Positions 9,994 to 18,496 of a stretch of DNA of 62,123 bases are shown in pieces. Numbering within the stretch: the stretch's first letter is position 1; each line of letters begins with the position of its first letter. The notes beneath the pieces are model-generated. The model was not told where the DNA came from. It worked only from the letters and a program-made list of their open reading frames with translations, and made no database searches. The stretch is from IMG/VR virus record IMGVR_UViG_3300044460_000010, positions 1 to 62,123 of that record; one strand, 5' to 3'. Made by a program: the position numbers and the translations under genes. The DNA is from a virus (lineage: Duplodnaviria > Caudoviricetes).

Positions 9994-11262
9994 TCACGCG
10001 AAGAGTGGTTGTTTCGTGCTGCGCATCCGCTTCTCAATCAGGCGGATGTACTCGGGGTTCAGTTCACACCCGAGCGCCCGCCGCCCATGCTCCATCGCAA
10101 CGGACAATACCGTTCCACTGCCCGCGAACGGGTCGAGGACGACCGCGGGCACCGGCTCGCCCACGTCACACGCGCAGCCCGGTTCCCAGCCCACGGTTTC
10201 CGTTGTCGTGATGTGCCGCTCTGGGTCGCGGTTGCCGCAGACTGCGGATTGGGCATGCCCACGGCCTGGGGCGCATGTTGCGGCGACCTTCGTGTCCTTG
10301 CCCGGTCGCGTCGCCTTCCGCTCGCTCTTCACCAATCGCACCCAGGGTTCACCGCATGCCGGGCAGACGCCCTTGGCGCTCGTTCCCGCGAGGATGCACG
10401 GTTCGATGAGGCGTTTGGGCATCACGGCGAAGTGGGCACCCTTGTAGGCTTTCAGGGTCACGTCGAAGCCGAGTAGTTCCGGGTCGGGATGTTTGCCCGC
10501 CAGCATCATGCCCGCGGTGTCGAACCACAGGTCGGACGAGCGGAAGTTGCGGGATTGCAGCGAGTCGGGCGAACCGTTCGCCCGACTCGCGCTTGCCGCT
10601 GCTGTTCGCTTTGGCGCGGATTTGTCCTTCGCGCTGTTTGGCAAGAAGTCTTCGCCGGACCAATCCTCACGGGCCACTCGCTTGACCGCCTCCATGTCGA
10701 AGAAGTAGTCGCTGCGCTTCGCGAGCAGGAACACCGTCTCGCAGGCGGTTCCGGGGCGGTCGGTCGCGCTTTCTGGCATCGGATTCCGTTTCACCCACGG
10801 GCACCACTGCCGCAAGTACCAGCCATCGGCACGCAGCGCAAACGCCACCATCCATGGAATGCCAATGAGGTCTTTGGGCTTCAGGGTTTTGACCGTTAGC
10901 CCGTGTCCTTGCGGAATCGCCGGGCACGCTTCTTCGGTAGCCGATTGAAACGAAGTGCTTTTGCCACGATTGCCGTTGTAGGCGTTGTAACTGTCCCCCA
11001 GATTCAGCCACAGCGAACCGCTCGGATGCAACACGCGGCACACCTCGCGGAACACGTCCACCATCTTCGCGACGTACTCTTCGGGGGTGTCTTCCAAGCC
11101 GATTTGCCCCTCGCAGCCGTAATCCCGCAGCCCGTAGTAGGGCGGGCTCGTCACCGCGACGTGAATACAATCAGCGGGAAGCGTGCGCATGTTGGCGATA
11201 CAGTCACCTGGGACACACGCCCACGGCCCACTACCGGCCAGAACTTCCGCAACCGTACTCAA
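9994..11262 (-). CDS. DNA methyltransferase, N4/N6 family (SPPY)
   Basis: VTSPPYYGLRDY, HFAVMP, VLDPFAGSGT. Confidence 0.92.
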   Translation of the reverse strand: MSTVAEVLAGSGPWACVPGDCIANMRTLPADCIHVAVTSPPYYGLRDYGCEGQIGLEDTPEEYVAKMVDVFREVCRVLHPSGSLWLNLGDSYNAYNGNRGKSTSFQSATEEACPAIPQGHGLTVKTLKPKDLIGIPWMVAFALRADGWYLRQWCPWVKRNPMPESATDRPGTACETVFLLAKRSDYFFDMEAVKRVAREDWSGEDFLPNSAKDKSAPKRTAAASASRANGSPDSLQSRNFRSSDLWFDTAGMMLAGKHPDPELLGFDVTLKAYKGAHFAVMPKRLIEPCILAGTSAKGVCPACGEPWVRLVKSERKATRPGKDTKVAATCAPGRGHAQSAVCGNRDPERHITTTETVGWEPGCACDVGEPVPAVVLDPFAGSGTVLSVAMEHGRRALGCELNPEYIRLIEKRMRSTKQPLFA

Positions 11263-11660
11263 GGCGATGCCTCCTCACGCAAATCGAGCGGAATGCTCGA
11301 TCGAAGCCGGTGCCGTCTCTGCGCCTCACGCATGTAGCACCGCGTACAGACCTGGGGGACCGGTCCGCGCCGCAGGTCCGTCCGGAGCGGCGTGCCACAC
11401 GTACACGCCGGGACAATCTTCGCGGCCCTCACCGCGACGCGGATCTCATGGACGAGTTTCGCCCGTTGCTCCCAACCGTAGACCCGCTTACACTCGGTCG
11501 AGCAGTAGATCGCATCGCGCCGTTTGCCCACGGGGATCGCCTCACGGCATCGCTTGCACCGGACGCGGCGCGGTAGCGATTCGCACGCGCGCCTGAGTGA
11601 TCTCAGGCGATCAAGGTCCGCATCGGTAGCGAAATCCACAGCCCTCGTCTGGTCATCCAT
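11259..11660 (-). CDS. Hypothetical Zn-finger protein
   Basis: CKRC, YCSTEC, CTC, CTRC. Confidence 0.6.
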   Translation of the reverse strand: MDDQTRAVDFATDADLDRLRSLRRACESLPRRVRCKRCREAIPVGKRRDAIYCSTECKRVYGWEQRAKLVHEIRVAVRAAKIVPACTCGTPLRTDLRRGPVPQVCTRCYMREAQRRHRLRSSIPLDLREEASP

Positions 11661-11664
11661 CACA

Positions 11665-12453
11665 TCACTCCTCATCGCTCACTCGCCCAGTTTGCTCCTG
11701 CGCCGCAATCGCCCGGTCCAGCGAGGTTCCGCCTTCGAGCAGGGCCGGGAACAGGTCCGGCTGCGTCCACCCCGCGAGCAGGCTTCCCTTGCCCACACCC
11801 ATTGCTTCAGCGACCCGTCGGCGGATGATTTCCACGTAAGCCGCGTCCTTTTCGATGATGAGGCACCGCCGGCCTTCGTGGAGCGCGGCAATCGCTGTGG
11901 TGCCAGAGCCGCCGAAGGGGTCGAGGATCAGACCGCCAGGCGGAACCTTGGCTTGCTTGATGCACCAGCGCATCAGGCCAACCGGCTTCTGTGTCGGGTG
12001 CAACTTGTTCCGCTGGGTTGCCATATATTCGCCCGTGTCGCGGAAGCAGTAGACGCCGTACCCGCCCTTCATCCATGCGACCTCGGCGTCTGATAGAAAC
12101 GTGCCGAACAGATGATCTGGTTTCTTCAGCCACACCAAAGATGTGCCCGTTGGCAGCCGCTGAGAATAGTGATTGGCTCCCCACATCAGGACTTTCGGAA
12201 ATTTCAGCCACAGCGTTGGGTCGAAAGGCTCGCCGTCCCCTTGTACCGGCTGCCAGTCGCTACGGCCTTCGCCTAACTTACGCTTGCCACGGGTAAACCT
12301 CTTGCTGTTGGTGTTCCAATTCATCCCATAAGGCGGGTCGGTAATCACCGCATCGACGCAGCCGACTGGCAGTTGCGGCAGCACGTCCATGCAGTCGCCG
12401 CAAATCACCTTCACCGGCTCGTCATCCGTGGGCAGTTCCACGATCATACTCAC
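11665..12453 (-). CDS. DNA methyltransferase, N6/N4 family (DPPY)
   Basis: ITDPPYG, HPTQKPV, LDPFGGSGTT. Confidence 0.92.
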   Translation of the reverse strand: MSMIVELPTDDEPVKVICGDCMDVLPQLPVGCVDAVITDPPYGMNWNTNSKRFTRGKRKLGEGRSDWQPVQGDGEPFDPTLWLKFPKVLMWGANHYSQRLPTGTSLVWLKKPDHLFGTFLSDAEVAWMKGGYGVYCFRDTGEYMATQRNKLHPTQKPVGLMRWCIKQAKVPPGGLILDPFGGSGTTAIAALHEGRRCLIIEKDAAYVEIIRRRVAEAMGVGKGSLLAGWTQPDLFPALLEGGTSLDRAIAAQEQTGRVSDEE

Positions 12454-12704
12454 TTGGCCTCCGCAGGTAACTTGTCTTCAAGTAGGTCGCTATCCCGGTG
12501 TGGTTGCATTCGCGCCAGCCAGTCCGCGAGTTTCGCCGCGAGCCGGTGTACATCCCCGTTGGATAGCGCCATCATCTTGCCCTCGATAACCTGCGTACAT
12601 CGCTCAAATGCGAGTTGGACGGCGTCGAGAACCACTGATTCGAGCTTTCCCGTGACGGGATCTCGGGACACGCGGACGTCTTTGCGCTTGACGTCTTTTT
12701 TCAT
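12450..12704 (-). CDS. Hypothetical protein
   Basis: Coupled ORF starting MKKDVKRK. Confidence 0.5.
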   Translation of the reverse strand: MKKDVKRKDVRVSRDPVTGKLESVVLDAVQLAFERCTQVIEGKMMALSNGDVHRLAAKLADWLARMQPHRDSDLLEDKLPAEAK

Positions 12705-13135
12705 GCGGCACCTGTCGAGCATTCCGCTCGATCTTTCGCGAAATGTGCCGTCAACTCGCCGATACTCGTAAACACCGGAATGCCATGCTCCCGAGCGCAT
12801 TCCGTTTCGAGGTCGGCACCGGTTGACTCGCCGGGGAGACGTAATAACGCGTCGGCGGATACAACCCACGAAAAATCAACGCCCATCCAATCGGCGTGGG
12901 TCATCTGATTGTTACCGTTGCGAGTGGCTTCACAAATCAATGCGTCCCACTGCTCGCCATCATCGTCGGTTAGAACTTCTCGGCGTACTGGCTTCGAGTA
13001 CACCGACCAGTGCGGACACAGCGGCGCGAATCCCGCCTTTGCTAGCGCGACGAAAGCGGCTGTCGCCTGGTTGATGTTGTGGCACAAATCGCCCTTGGAT
13101 ATGGGGCCGCAAATGTAGACCTTCTTCCTCATCAC
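12701..13135 (-). CDS. DUF4406 / nucleoside 2-deoxyribosyltransferase-like protein
   Basis: KKVYICGPIS...ADALLRLPGESTGADLETECAREHGIPVF. Confidence 0.75.
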   Translation of the reverse strand: MMRKKVYICGPISKGDLCHNINQATAAFVALAKAGFAPLCPHWSVYSKPVRREVLTDDDGEQWDALICEATRNGNNQMTHADWMGVDFSWVVSADALLRLPGESTGADLETECAREHGIPVFTSIGELTAHFAKDRAECSTGAA

Positions 13136-13209
13136 GCTTGCTCTCCCGGGTGGAATTCCATCTGGTAGCCATCAGGGGTGAATCCGTCCTGGCGCGGTGG
13201 ACTTACGCT

Positions 13210-13545
13210 TCATGCGTGGCACTCCTTTGCTTCGGCGGGTGGGCGGTTGGCAAATTGAATCTGGTCGTCGTACTGGCCGAACTCGGCGGCCTCTTTGCCC
13301 CTTGCGGTGAGCCTGTAGAGCGTGTGGAACTGCACCGGGCCGGGCTTCTTCCAGGGCGGTAACTCAGGCGCGGGATCGACCCGTGCGACCTCCAGTAGCC
13401 CCGCCGTGACGAGCACATCCAGAAACGTGCCATCGTAAGACCGGCGGCTCGGGCTGACGCGGAGGGTCTTGCCGCTGAGTGGACCTTTGGCGCGGACCAG
13501 CGTGCGAAGTACCTGCCAACTGAAGTGATCGATGGGACGAATCAT
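13210..13545 (-). CDS. Winged-helix-like protein
   Basis: LVTAGLLEV...LYRLTARGKEA pattern. Confidence 0.5.
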   Translation of the reverse strand: MIRPIDHFSWQVLRTLVRAKGPLSGKTLRVSPSRRSYDGTFLDVLVTAGLLEVARVDPAPELPPWKKPGPVQFHTLYRLTARGKEAAEFGQYDDQIQFANRPPAEAKECHA

Positions 13546-13763
13546 GCGGCACCTGCTTTCGCCTGAACTTCCCGCTTGACGATGAAGAAATCGAGGTTGC
13601 GGTTGTATCGCCCTGGGTAATCCCGGCAGAGGCGGTCAACTTCTTCCACGGCGGCGCCGTGGTCCAGGTAGACGCCGTGGATCTGGTCGCCCTGCTCGGC
13701 CACCGTGCGCGGGCTGGAATTGATGACGAACAGGACGTAGACCGTGAGCTTTGGCTCGATCAT
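13542..13763 (-). CDS. Hypothetical protein
   Basis: Coupled small ORF. Confidence 0.55.
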   Translation of the reverse strand: MIEPKLTVYVLFVINSSPRTVAEQGDQIHGVYLDHGAAVEEVDRLCRDYPGRYNRNLDFFIVKREVQAKAGAA

Positions 13764-14998
13764 GCCGTCACCGTGCTTTCCGCCTTCTGGCCCTTCTGTA
13801 GCGCCCTCTCCAGCCGCAACAGCACTTCCTCGGGGAGGTCGCCCAGCCCGCAGTCATCCGCGATGGGGTAGATGCCAGCGGCCTCCGCGAATGGCTGGCC
13901 CTTGTCGCCGCGGAAGTCCTGCCAGGTCATGTTCCGCTTGTGGATGAGGACGAGCACGCGCCGTTTGGTGTCGAGGGCGGGGGTGGGCTTGGGTTCAATC
14001 AAGGCCGTGGAAGAGGTCACAGTCGCACTGACAGCGGGAGTGCCAGCAGCCGTAGCAGGTCCGGCAGTCGGGGTCGTCACACCAGCAGCAGACGCGGTCG
14101 GAGGGTCCGAGCTATCGTCACCCTCCGTGGCAGGTTTCGCGGCAGTCAGCGATGCCTTGTGATTATCCTTGAGCACCTCAAGTTGCCGGTACTCATCCTT
14201 CGTGAGCATGTTCCTGTGGTCAACGACGACCTCCCAAGCGTCCTTGAGCGCAGCCGCGCCTTCCGCCGCGGAAGCAGCGAGACTCTTGGCGAAATCTTCG
14301 GCGGTGGGCGGTTTGGGCGGCTTGACAGGCGGAAGCGATGCGCGGGCGGTGATGTTGCTTACGGGTTCTTCCGGTTCGCCCTCAGACAGGATCGAGCCAG
14401 ACACGCGTTCGTAGACCGCCGCCAGCATCTTCCGCTTGGCCTTGCCGAGTACCGCATCCATCCCCATCCCGGAGTTGACACGCACGGGAATCTGCCGGGT
14501 CAACTCCATTGGCTTGTCGTCGAGTTTCCACCGCATCGTGTATTCCACGATCGCGCCACCGTTGCCCATGACCGGCACGCCCGGCGCGTGCTCTAGATCG
14601 GTCAAGCCGGGGTAGGTCGAGACGAGCCGCGCACAGCCAGCCTGTGCGACGTAGCAGCGCCCGCCGATGATGTTCCACTCGTTGCCGGTGAGGCGCAGGC
14701 CTCGCAGGAGCGCCTCCGTCGCGCACTCGATGACGACAGCATTGGGGTAGCCGCCGTCCTTGTCCTTGTCGGTGCGGAACCCCAGTGACGATCCTTGTAG
14801 CGGCATAATCTTGTCGATGGCGCCCTTGACCACCTCCTGCATTGCCTTGACGCCCTCAGCGATCAGGAACGCACGGCTGACGTCATCGACGGCGGCCAGT
14901 GCCGATGGGCCGTACTGCTCCAGGAGTGCAACGAGCGCTTTGGCCGTGGGGTTCACAGGCTGGGGTTTAGGTGCGGGAACGATTGCAGTTGTGGACAC
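13760..14998 (-). CDS. Putative recombination / ssDNA-annealing protein
   Basis: ALLRGLRLTGNEWNIIGGRCYV resembles RecT-like cores; low-complexity linker; early-region position. Confidence 0.45.
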   Translation of the reverse strand: MSTTAIVPAPKPQPVNPTAKALVALLEQYGPSALAAVDDVSRAFLIAEGVKAMQEVVKGAIDKIMPLQGSSLGFRTDKDKDGGYPNAVVIECATEALLRGLRLTGNEWNIIGGRCYVAQAGCARLVSTYPGLTDLEHAPGVPVMGNGGAIVEYTMRWKLDDKPMELTRQIPVRVNSGMGMDAVLGKAKRKMLAAVYERVSGSILSEGEPEEPVSNITARASLPPVKPPKPPTAEDFAKSLAASAAEGAAALKDAWEVVVDHRNMLTKDEYRQLEVLKDNHKASLTAAKPATEGDDSSDPPTASAAGVTTPTAGPATAAGTPAVSATVTSSTALIEPKPTPALDTKRRVLVLIHKRNMTWQDFRGDKGQPFAEAAGIYPIADDCGLGDLPEEVLLRLERALQKGQKAESTVTA

Positions 14999-15041
14999 GA
15001 TGTTTCTCCAGACTTAGGGTTGAATCTTTCCATCAACACAG

Positions 15042-15148
15042 TGCGAGGGGGAGAGACTCGGACTCTCCGACCTGCCGAAATCCCCTCGGGGCCGCCCGTT
15101 CCTCGGCCCCACTGAATTTCCGCTGCTCTGCCGCTGAGCTACCCTCGC
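15042..15148 (-). ncRNA. tRNA-like RNA with expanded anticodon arm
   Basis: Acceptor GCGAGGG/CCCTCGC, canonical D arm TAGCTCAGCGGCAGAGCA, T arm GAGAG-TCCGAGT-CTCTC; no normal 7-nt anticodon loop. Confidence 0.7.
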
Positions 15149-15283
15149 AGTTGCCCGGTTTGGCCAGACCCGCCGGGCGCGGGTTGCCAGAGTGCCGACT
15201 GACGCGCCATCTGCGACCGTGCCCCGTGAGGTAACTGGGAGCACAAAGCACGGTCCGGGGTGTCTCGTCGTCGGCTGGCCCAG

Positions 15284-15416
15284 TGGTTCCGCCAGAATCG
15301 AACTGGGATGATGCGTTTACGCTTCCGCACCGTTAGCCCTGTTTTGCCTCCGCTTTACACGGCAACGAGCCGCTTCGTCGCGGAGATGGATTTAGGGGCA
15401 CCAGCCCCACGGAACC
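15284..15416 (-). ncRNA. tRNA-like RNA (acceptor plus T arm, large insert)
   Basis: GGTTCCG/CGGAACC acceptor; CCAG-TTCGATT-CTGG T arm. Confidence 0.55.
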
Positions 15417-15419
15417 AGC

Positions 15420-15523
15420 GCGGCGGTAGGGAGTCGAACCCCGCTATCGCGAAGAAGCCGTCCACGATGTTGAACCGACATGAGATGAAAATCATGCCGC
15501 ATCGCGGTCTCTTCGCTCGCCGC
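15420..15523 (-). ncRNA. tRNA-like RNA (acceptor plus T arm, long hairpin)
   Basis: GCGGCG/CGCCGC stem; GGGG-TTCGACT-CCCT T arm; internal stems GCGAAGAG/CTTCTTCGC and CGGCATGA/TCATGTCG. Confidence 0.5.
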
Positions 15524-15674
15524 AAGTGCCGTCTCTCCGGCTGTCACGTCTGTCCAGCTAAGCATCGCACCATGCCGCTCATTACCCCGGACGGCATCCA
15601 CCGCTAGAGCCAGCGGTCGCGGTGGCAGAGACTAGCGATTAGGGACGAACCTTTGTCGCGCTGGGCCTCTTGAG

Positions 15675-15773
15675 CGGTTCCGCCGCGAGTCGAACGCGGT
15701 ACGCATCACGGGTGGCGATTGGCTTTGCCGCTTCGTTCCACCTGTCGCGGGTAACCGTCCCCGCCCCGGAACC
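15675..15773 (-). ncRNA. tRNA-like RNA with expanded anticodon arm
   Basis: GGTTCCG/CGGAACC acceptor; GCGGG/CCCGC D stem; CCGCG-TTCGACT-CGCGG T arm. Confidence 0.6.
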
Positions 15774-15972
15774 AAATGCCTTCTTTGGGCAGGAAGGCTA
15801 GACTGTTCGTCTGGTACGAGAGTTGGCGTTAGGCCACTCTCCGGCATGAGGGGCGGATGGACGGCACCCGCTGCGGTCGATTACTCCCACACGGTTCCAC
15901 CGTGGAGAACGATTACCCTCTCCGCACTGCCGCCTTGATGCTTCCCTGCGCTACCGTGAGGCGCTACCCGCC

Positions 15973-16395
15973 TCACGTCCGGCATTCGTTCTGGGGATCG
16001 CCCGAGTAATCGACCTCGTCGTCACCGGGGAGTGTTTCAGCTGGAGGCTTGGCGTCCGTCAGTTCGATGGTAAAATCGTCAGCCTCGTATGCACGGGACC
16101 GCGCCTCGACATCGACCGCCTGTTGCACGGTGAAGAATCGCCCCAAATTCTGGATTGCCGGAATGTGCGTGAGTTTCACCGCGTCTAGCTGCGCCAGTGT
16201 TAGCCGACCAAGAAGCACCAGGGTGCTATCGAGCGCGTCCTGCGAGTCGATGGCGCCGCCGGCCAGTGCGTGGATTGCCGCCGCGAGGGTGACGCCGCGA
16301 CCCTCCGAGATGACGCCAAGTTCAACGTCTCCGCTGTCGTGCGGCGGAACTTCCGCGAATGCTTCGGGCGTGAGTTGGCCGATGAGGAAAGGCAT
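15973..16395 (-). CDS. Hypothetical acidic protein
   Basis: AAGGAG RBS, 140 aa. Confidence 0.6.
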   Translation of the reverse strand: MPFLIGQLTPEAFAEVPPHDSGDVELGVISEGRGVTLAAAIHALAGGAIDSQDALDSTLVLLGRLTLAQLDAVKLTHIPAIQNLGRFFTVQQAVDVEARSRAYEADDFTIELTDAKPPAETLPGDDEVDYSGDPQNECRT

Positions 16396-16411
16396 GGGGA
16401 CTCCTTTTTTT

Positions 16412-16500
16412 AGTCTAAAGTCATAATGTCCAAAGTCTTAAGGTCAAATGCAGTCTGCTCTTGGACTTTACGACGTTATGACCTGTAGACCTTACGACTG
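16412..16500. repeat. Heptamer-based imperfect palindrome (family B)
   Basis: (AAGTCNN)n-like left arm and (NNGACTT)n-like right arm; similar to 35600-35690. Confidence 0.75.
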
Positions 16501-16645
16501 ACAAGAAATGCGGTTCTGACCCGACCCCCACGAGACCGGGCCACCTCCACCGCAAGGCCGCTTTTGGGCTAAGCGGAGCCTGCACACTTAAGGCTGTGCT
16601 GCACCCTCCCAGGACCGCGATCCGTCGCGGTTGCGCGCACGTGAT

Positions 16646-16921
16646 TCAGACTGCGTGTTCAGGTCGCCGCTCGGCGCGGCTGGCTTCGAGTTTCTTGGCA
16701 AGCCACGCCACCAGTAGGCGCTTGGGCACGAGCGGCTTCGTGCCGTGGTAAAACGTCTCCAACTCGCCTCGGCTGACGGCACGCTCAATCTCACGCTTAC
16801 ATATGCCGCAGAACAAAGCCGCGTCGTCAAGACTCATCGCGCCATCAGCACAGTCATCGACGACACCGTGCGTCAGGCCGTCAGCCCGTGGTGCGTACAT
16901 CGGTCGTGATGGTCTTGCCAC
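16646..16921 (-). CDS. Excisionase-like HTH protein
   Basis: MSLDDAALFCGICKREIERAVSRGELETF...LVPKRLL, HTH_17-like; near the integrase. Confidence 0.65.
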   Translation of the reverse strand: MARPSRPMYAPRADGLTHGVVDDCADGAMSLDDAALFCGICKREIERAVSRGELETFYHGTKPLVPKRLLVAWLAKKLEASRAERRPEHAV

Positions 16922-16940
16922 GATCGCGCTCCAAAGAAAA

Positions 16941-17015
16941 ACCTCACCATGCCACACCGGACCGGAGCCGACCCCGCCGCAACAGGCCCCGACATGGCTT
17001 GCCGCGCCGTAACCA
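16941..17015 (-). repeat. GGY-NN pentamer array 1 (15 units), putative guide RNA
   Basis: Unbroken 5-nt phase; 10/15 GGY, all GNY; followed by TTTTCTTT on the minus strand. Confidence 0.85.
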
Positions 17016-17018
17016 CAA

Positions 17019-17063
17019 TCCGCCGTCCCGGAGTCGAACCAGGAACCACCGCCCCGCAGCGGA
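17019..17063 (-). ncRNA. Minimal tRNA mimic between arrays
   Basis: 7-bp TCCGCTG/CGGCGGA stem stacked on TCCTGG-TTCGACT-CCGGGA T arm, 12-nt linker. Confidence 0.65.
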
Positions 17064-17068
17064 AGAAA

Positions 17069-17178
17069 ACCTAACCCAACCACATCCTGGCTTGCCATTC
17101 CACGCCCTACCTGGCCAGGCCCGACCTAAGCACGCCCAACCAAACCAAGCCTGAGCACGCCGTACCTCACCGAACCAG
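17069..17178 (-). repeat. GGY-NN pentamer array 2 (22 units), putative guide RNA
   Basis: Starts 2 nt after the stop of the RAMP-like gene; 17/22 GGY; T-rich 3-prime end. Confidence 0.85.
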
Positions 17179-17180
17179 AT

Positions 17181-17831
17181 TTATTCCAACCCAACCTTGA
17201 AGTTCACGACTTGAAATCGTCCGTATGTTGGGCGAAAGTCCGCTATCCCGATCAACCGTCCCGCGTTTGCGATGACCTCGTTCAGCACTTCGGGGCTGAC
17301 GTATTCCGGCAAGTTGCACATCAGTTGAAACTCCGCTTCCCAGCCCGCCTTGAACGCCGGCCGAATGCGGGTCACGCCGTTGCGTTGGATCTGAACGCGA
17401 CAGGAATGTTCATAATGCCATTGCTTGGCGCCAAGCGATGCGAGCGGGGTTAGTGAAATGATCGCGGCCTTGAACAGGTCCATCGCTGATTTGCGGGGCG
17501 AACGCGGGTCTTGACGGAACTTCGCGGCGTGGATGATGGACCAGCGAATGTACTCGCCGGGGATGCAGATTTCGCTCTCATCGTTGCGATAGACGTAGCT
17601 CTCGACGTTGTCCGTCTTCTTGGATTTGCTGCCCTTCGCTGCCGCCGCCTTCTCCGCAACCGCTTCACAGTTCCAGCGGTGGAACAGAATGTCGGCAACG
17701 CCCTTGATTCGCACCGTGGCGACGTAAGGAATGCCAGACTCAATCGCTCCCGCGCCGCCGTTGGTGGGCCGTTCGCCACCGATTGCGGTCAACCGATTCG
17801 TGCCGTTCGTACTTGGCGCTTTTGTCGCCAT
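17181..17831 (-). CDS. Stand-alone Cas7/RAMP-like RNA-binding protein (216 aa)
   Basis: VRIKGVADILFH first strand, ICIPGEYIRWSI (cf. RAMP IPGSSLKG), C-terminal Gly loop AGRLIGIADFRPTYGRFQV; GGAG RBS. Confidence 0.75.
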   Translation of the reverse strand: MATKAPSTNGTNRLTAIGGERPTNGGAGAIESGIPYVATVRIKGVADILFHRWNCEAVAEKAAAAKGSKSKKTDNVESYVYRNDESEICIPGEYIRWSIIHAAKFRQDPRSPRKSAMDLFKAAIISLTPLASLGAKQWHYEHSCRVQIQRNGVTRIRPAFKAGWEAEFQLMCNLPEYVSPEVLNEVIANAGRLIGIADFRPTYGRFQVVNFKVGLE

Positions 17832-17859
17832 GAAATGAACTCCGTGAAAGAAGAAAGAA

Positions 17860-18079
17860 ACCCTGCCGTGCCACGCCCAGCCTGAACTAACCAAGCCTCA
17901 CCAAACCAAGCCCTGGCCTACCGTGCCCGACCCAGCCTAACCGCACCCCACCCAGCCCTGCCTTGTCCAGGCCAGCCAAACCGTGCCATGCCCCACCGGG
18001 ACAGACCGCACCACTCCGCAGCGCACCGTGCCTTGCCGTGCCAAGACACACCTAAGCATGCCCAACCCCGCCACGCCAT
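17860..18079 (-). repeat. GGY-NN pentamer array 3 (44 units), putative guide RNA(s)
   Basis: 220 nt with no indel; first G invariant, 35/44 GGY; ends in TTCTTTCTTCTTT. Confidence 0.9.
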
Positions 18080-18082
18080 GAC

Positions 18083-18313
18083 TCAGGCTCCCGCGCTGGC
18101 GAGGTCGGCTTGTGCTTCAGCGAGAACCTCGCCGACTTCTTTCCTCATGCTCGGTCGGGCGTGCCGGGCGATAATACCGCCGATGGTTCCGCCGTGCTTT
18201 GCTTTGATCATCTCAGCATATTCCGCGATGTCTTTTGGAACGATCACCTTTCGCATCGCAGACTCGCCCTGCGATTCCTCGGTCGCCTGCGGTTCTGTGG
18301 TCACAGTGCCCAT
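18083..18313 (-). CDS. Small putative DNA-binding protein, first gene of the leftward early operon
   Basis: AGGAG RBS; divergent from 18497. Confidence 0.55.
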   Translation of the reverse strand: MGTVTTEPQATEESQGESAMRKVIVPKDIAEYAEMIKAKHGGTIGGIIARHARPSMRKEVGEVLAEAQADLASAGA

Positions 18314-18363
18314 TTCGGCTCCTTTTATCTGCTCGCTAGTTCTATCCGCAAGTCAGTAAGGAA

Positions 18364-18392
18364 TTAATATCCTCTGGATTGTAAATTGTCAA
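18364..18392 (-). promoter_or_regulatory. Sigma70-type promoter for the leftward early operon
   Basis: TTGACA-N17-TATTAA in an AT-rich intergenic gap. Confidence 0.55.
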
Positions 18393-18496
18393 CTGACGAA
18401 ATCGAAATATTCATTGTGCCGCCCGTGGAGACGGGAAGGAGGTGGCGATAGGTTGGGCATTATGCCCCACCAAACCGGAGGGGAGACATACTACCG

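Noticed and set aside
15392-15700. tmRNA
   Set aside because: T loops are present, but there is no GGGG 5-prime end, CCA end or convincing tag ORF; each T loop closes its own acceptor stem.
16941-18079. Canonical CRISPR array
   Set aside because: No 23-50 bp identical repeats with spacers and no other cas genes; the period is 5 nt.
16888-18359. ORFs over the arrays (16888..17154, 17988..18359, 5-prime extensions of 16646..17098 and 17181..17894)
   Set aside because: By-products of stop-poor pentamer repeats; better RBS-supported starts exist at 16921 and 17831.
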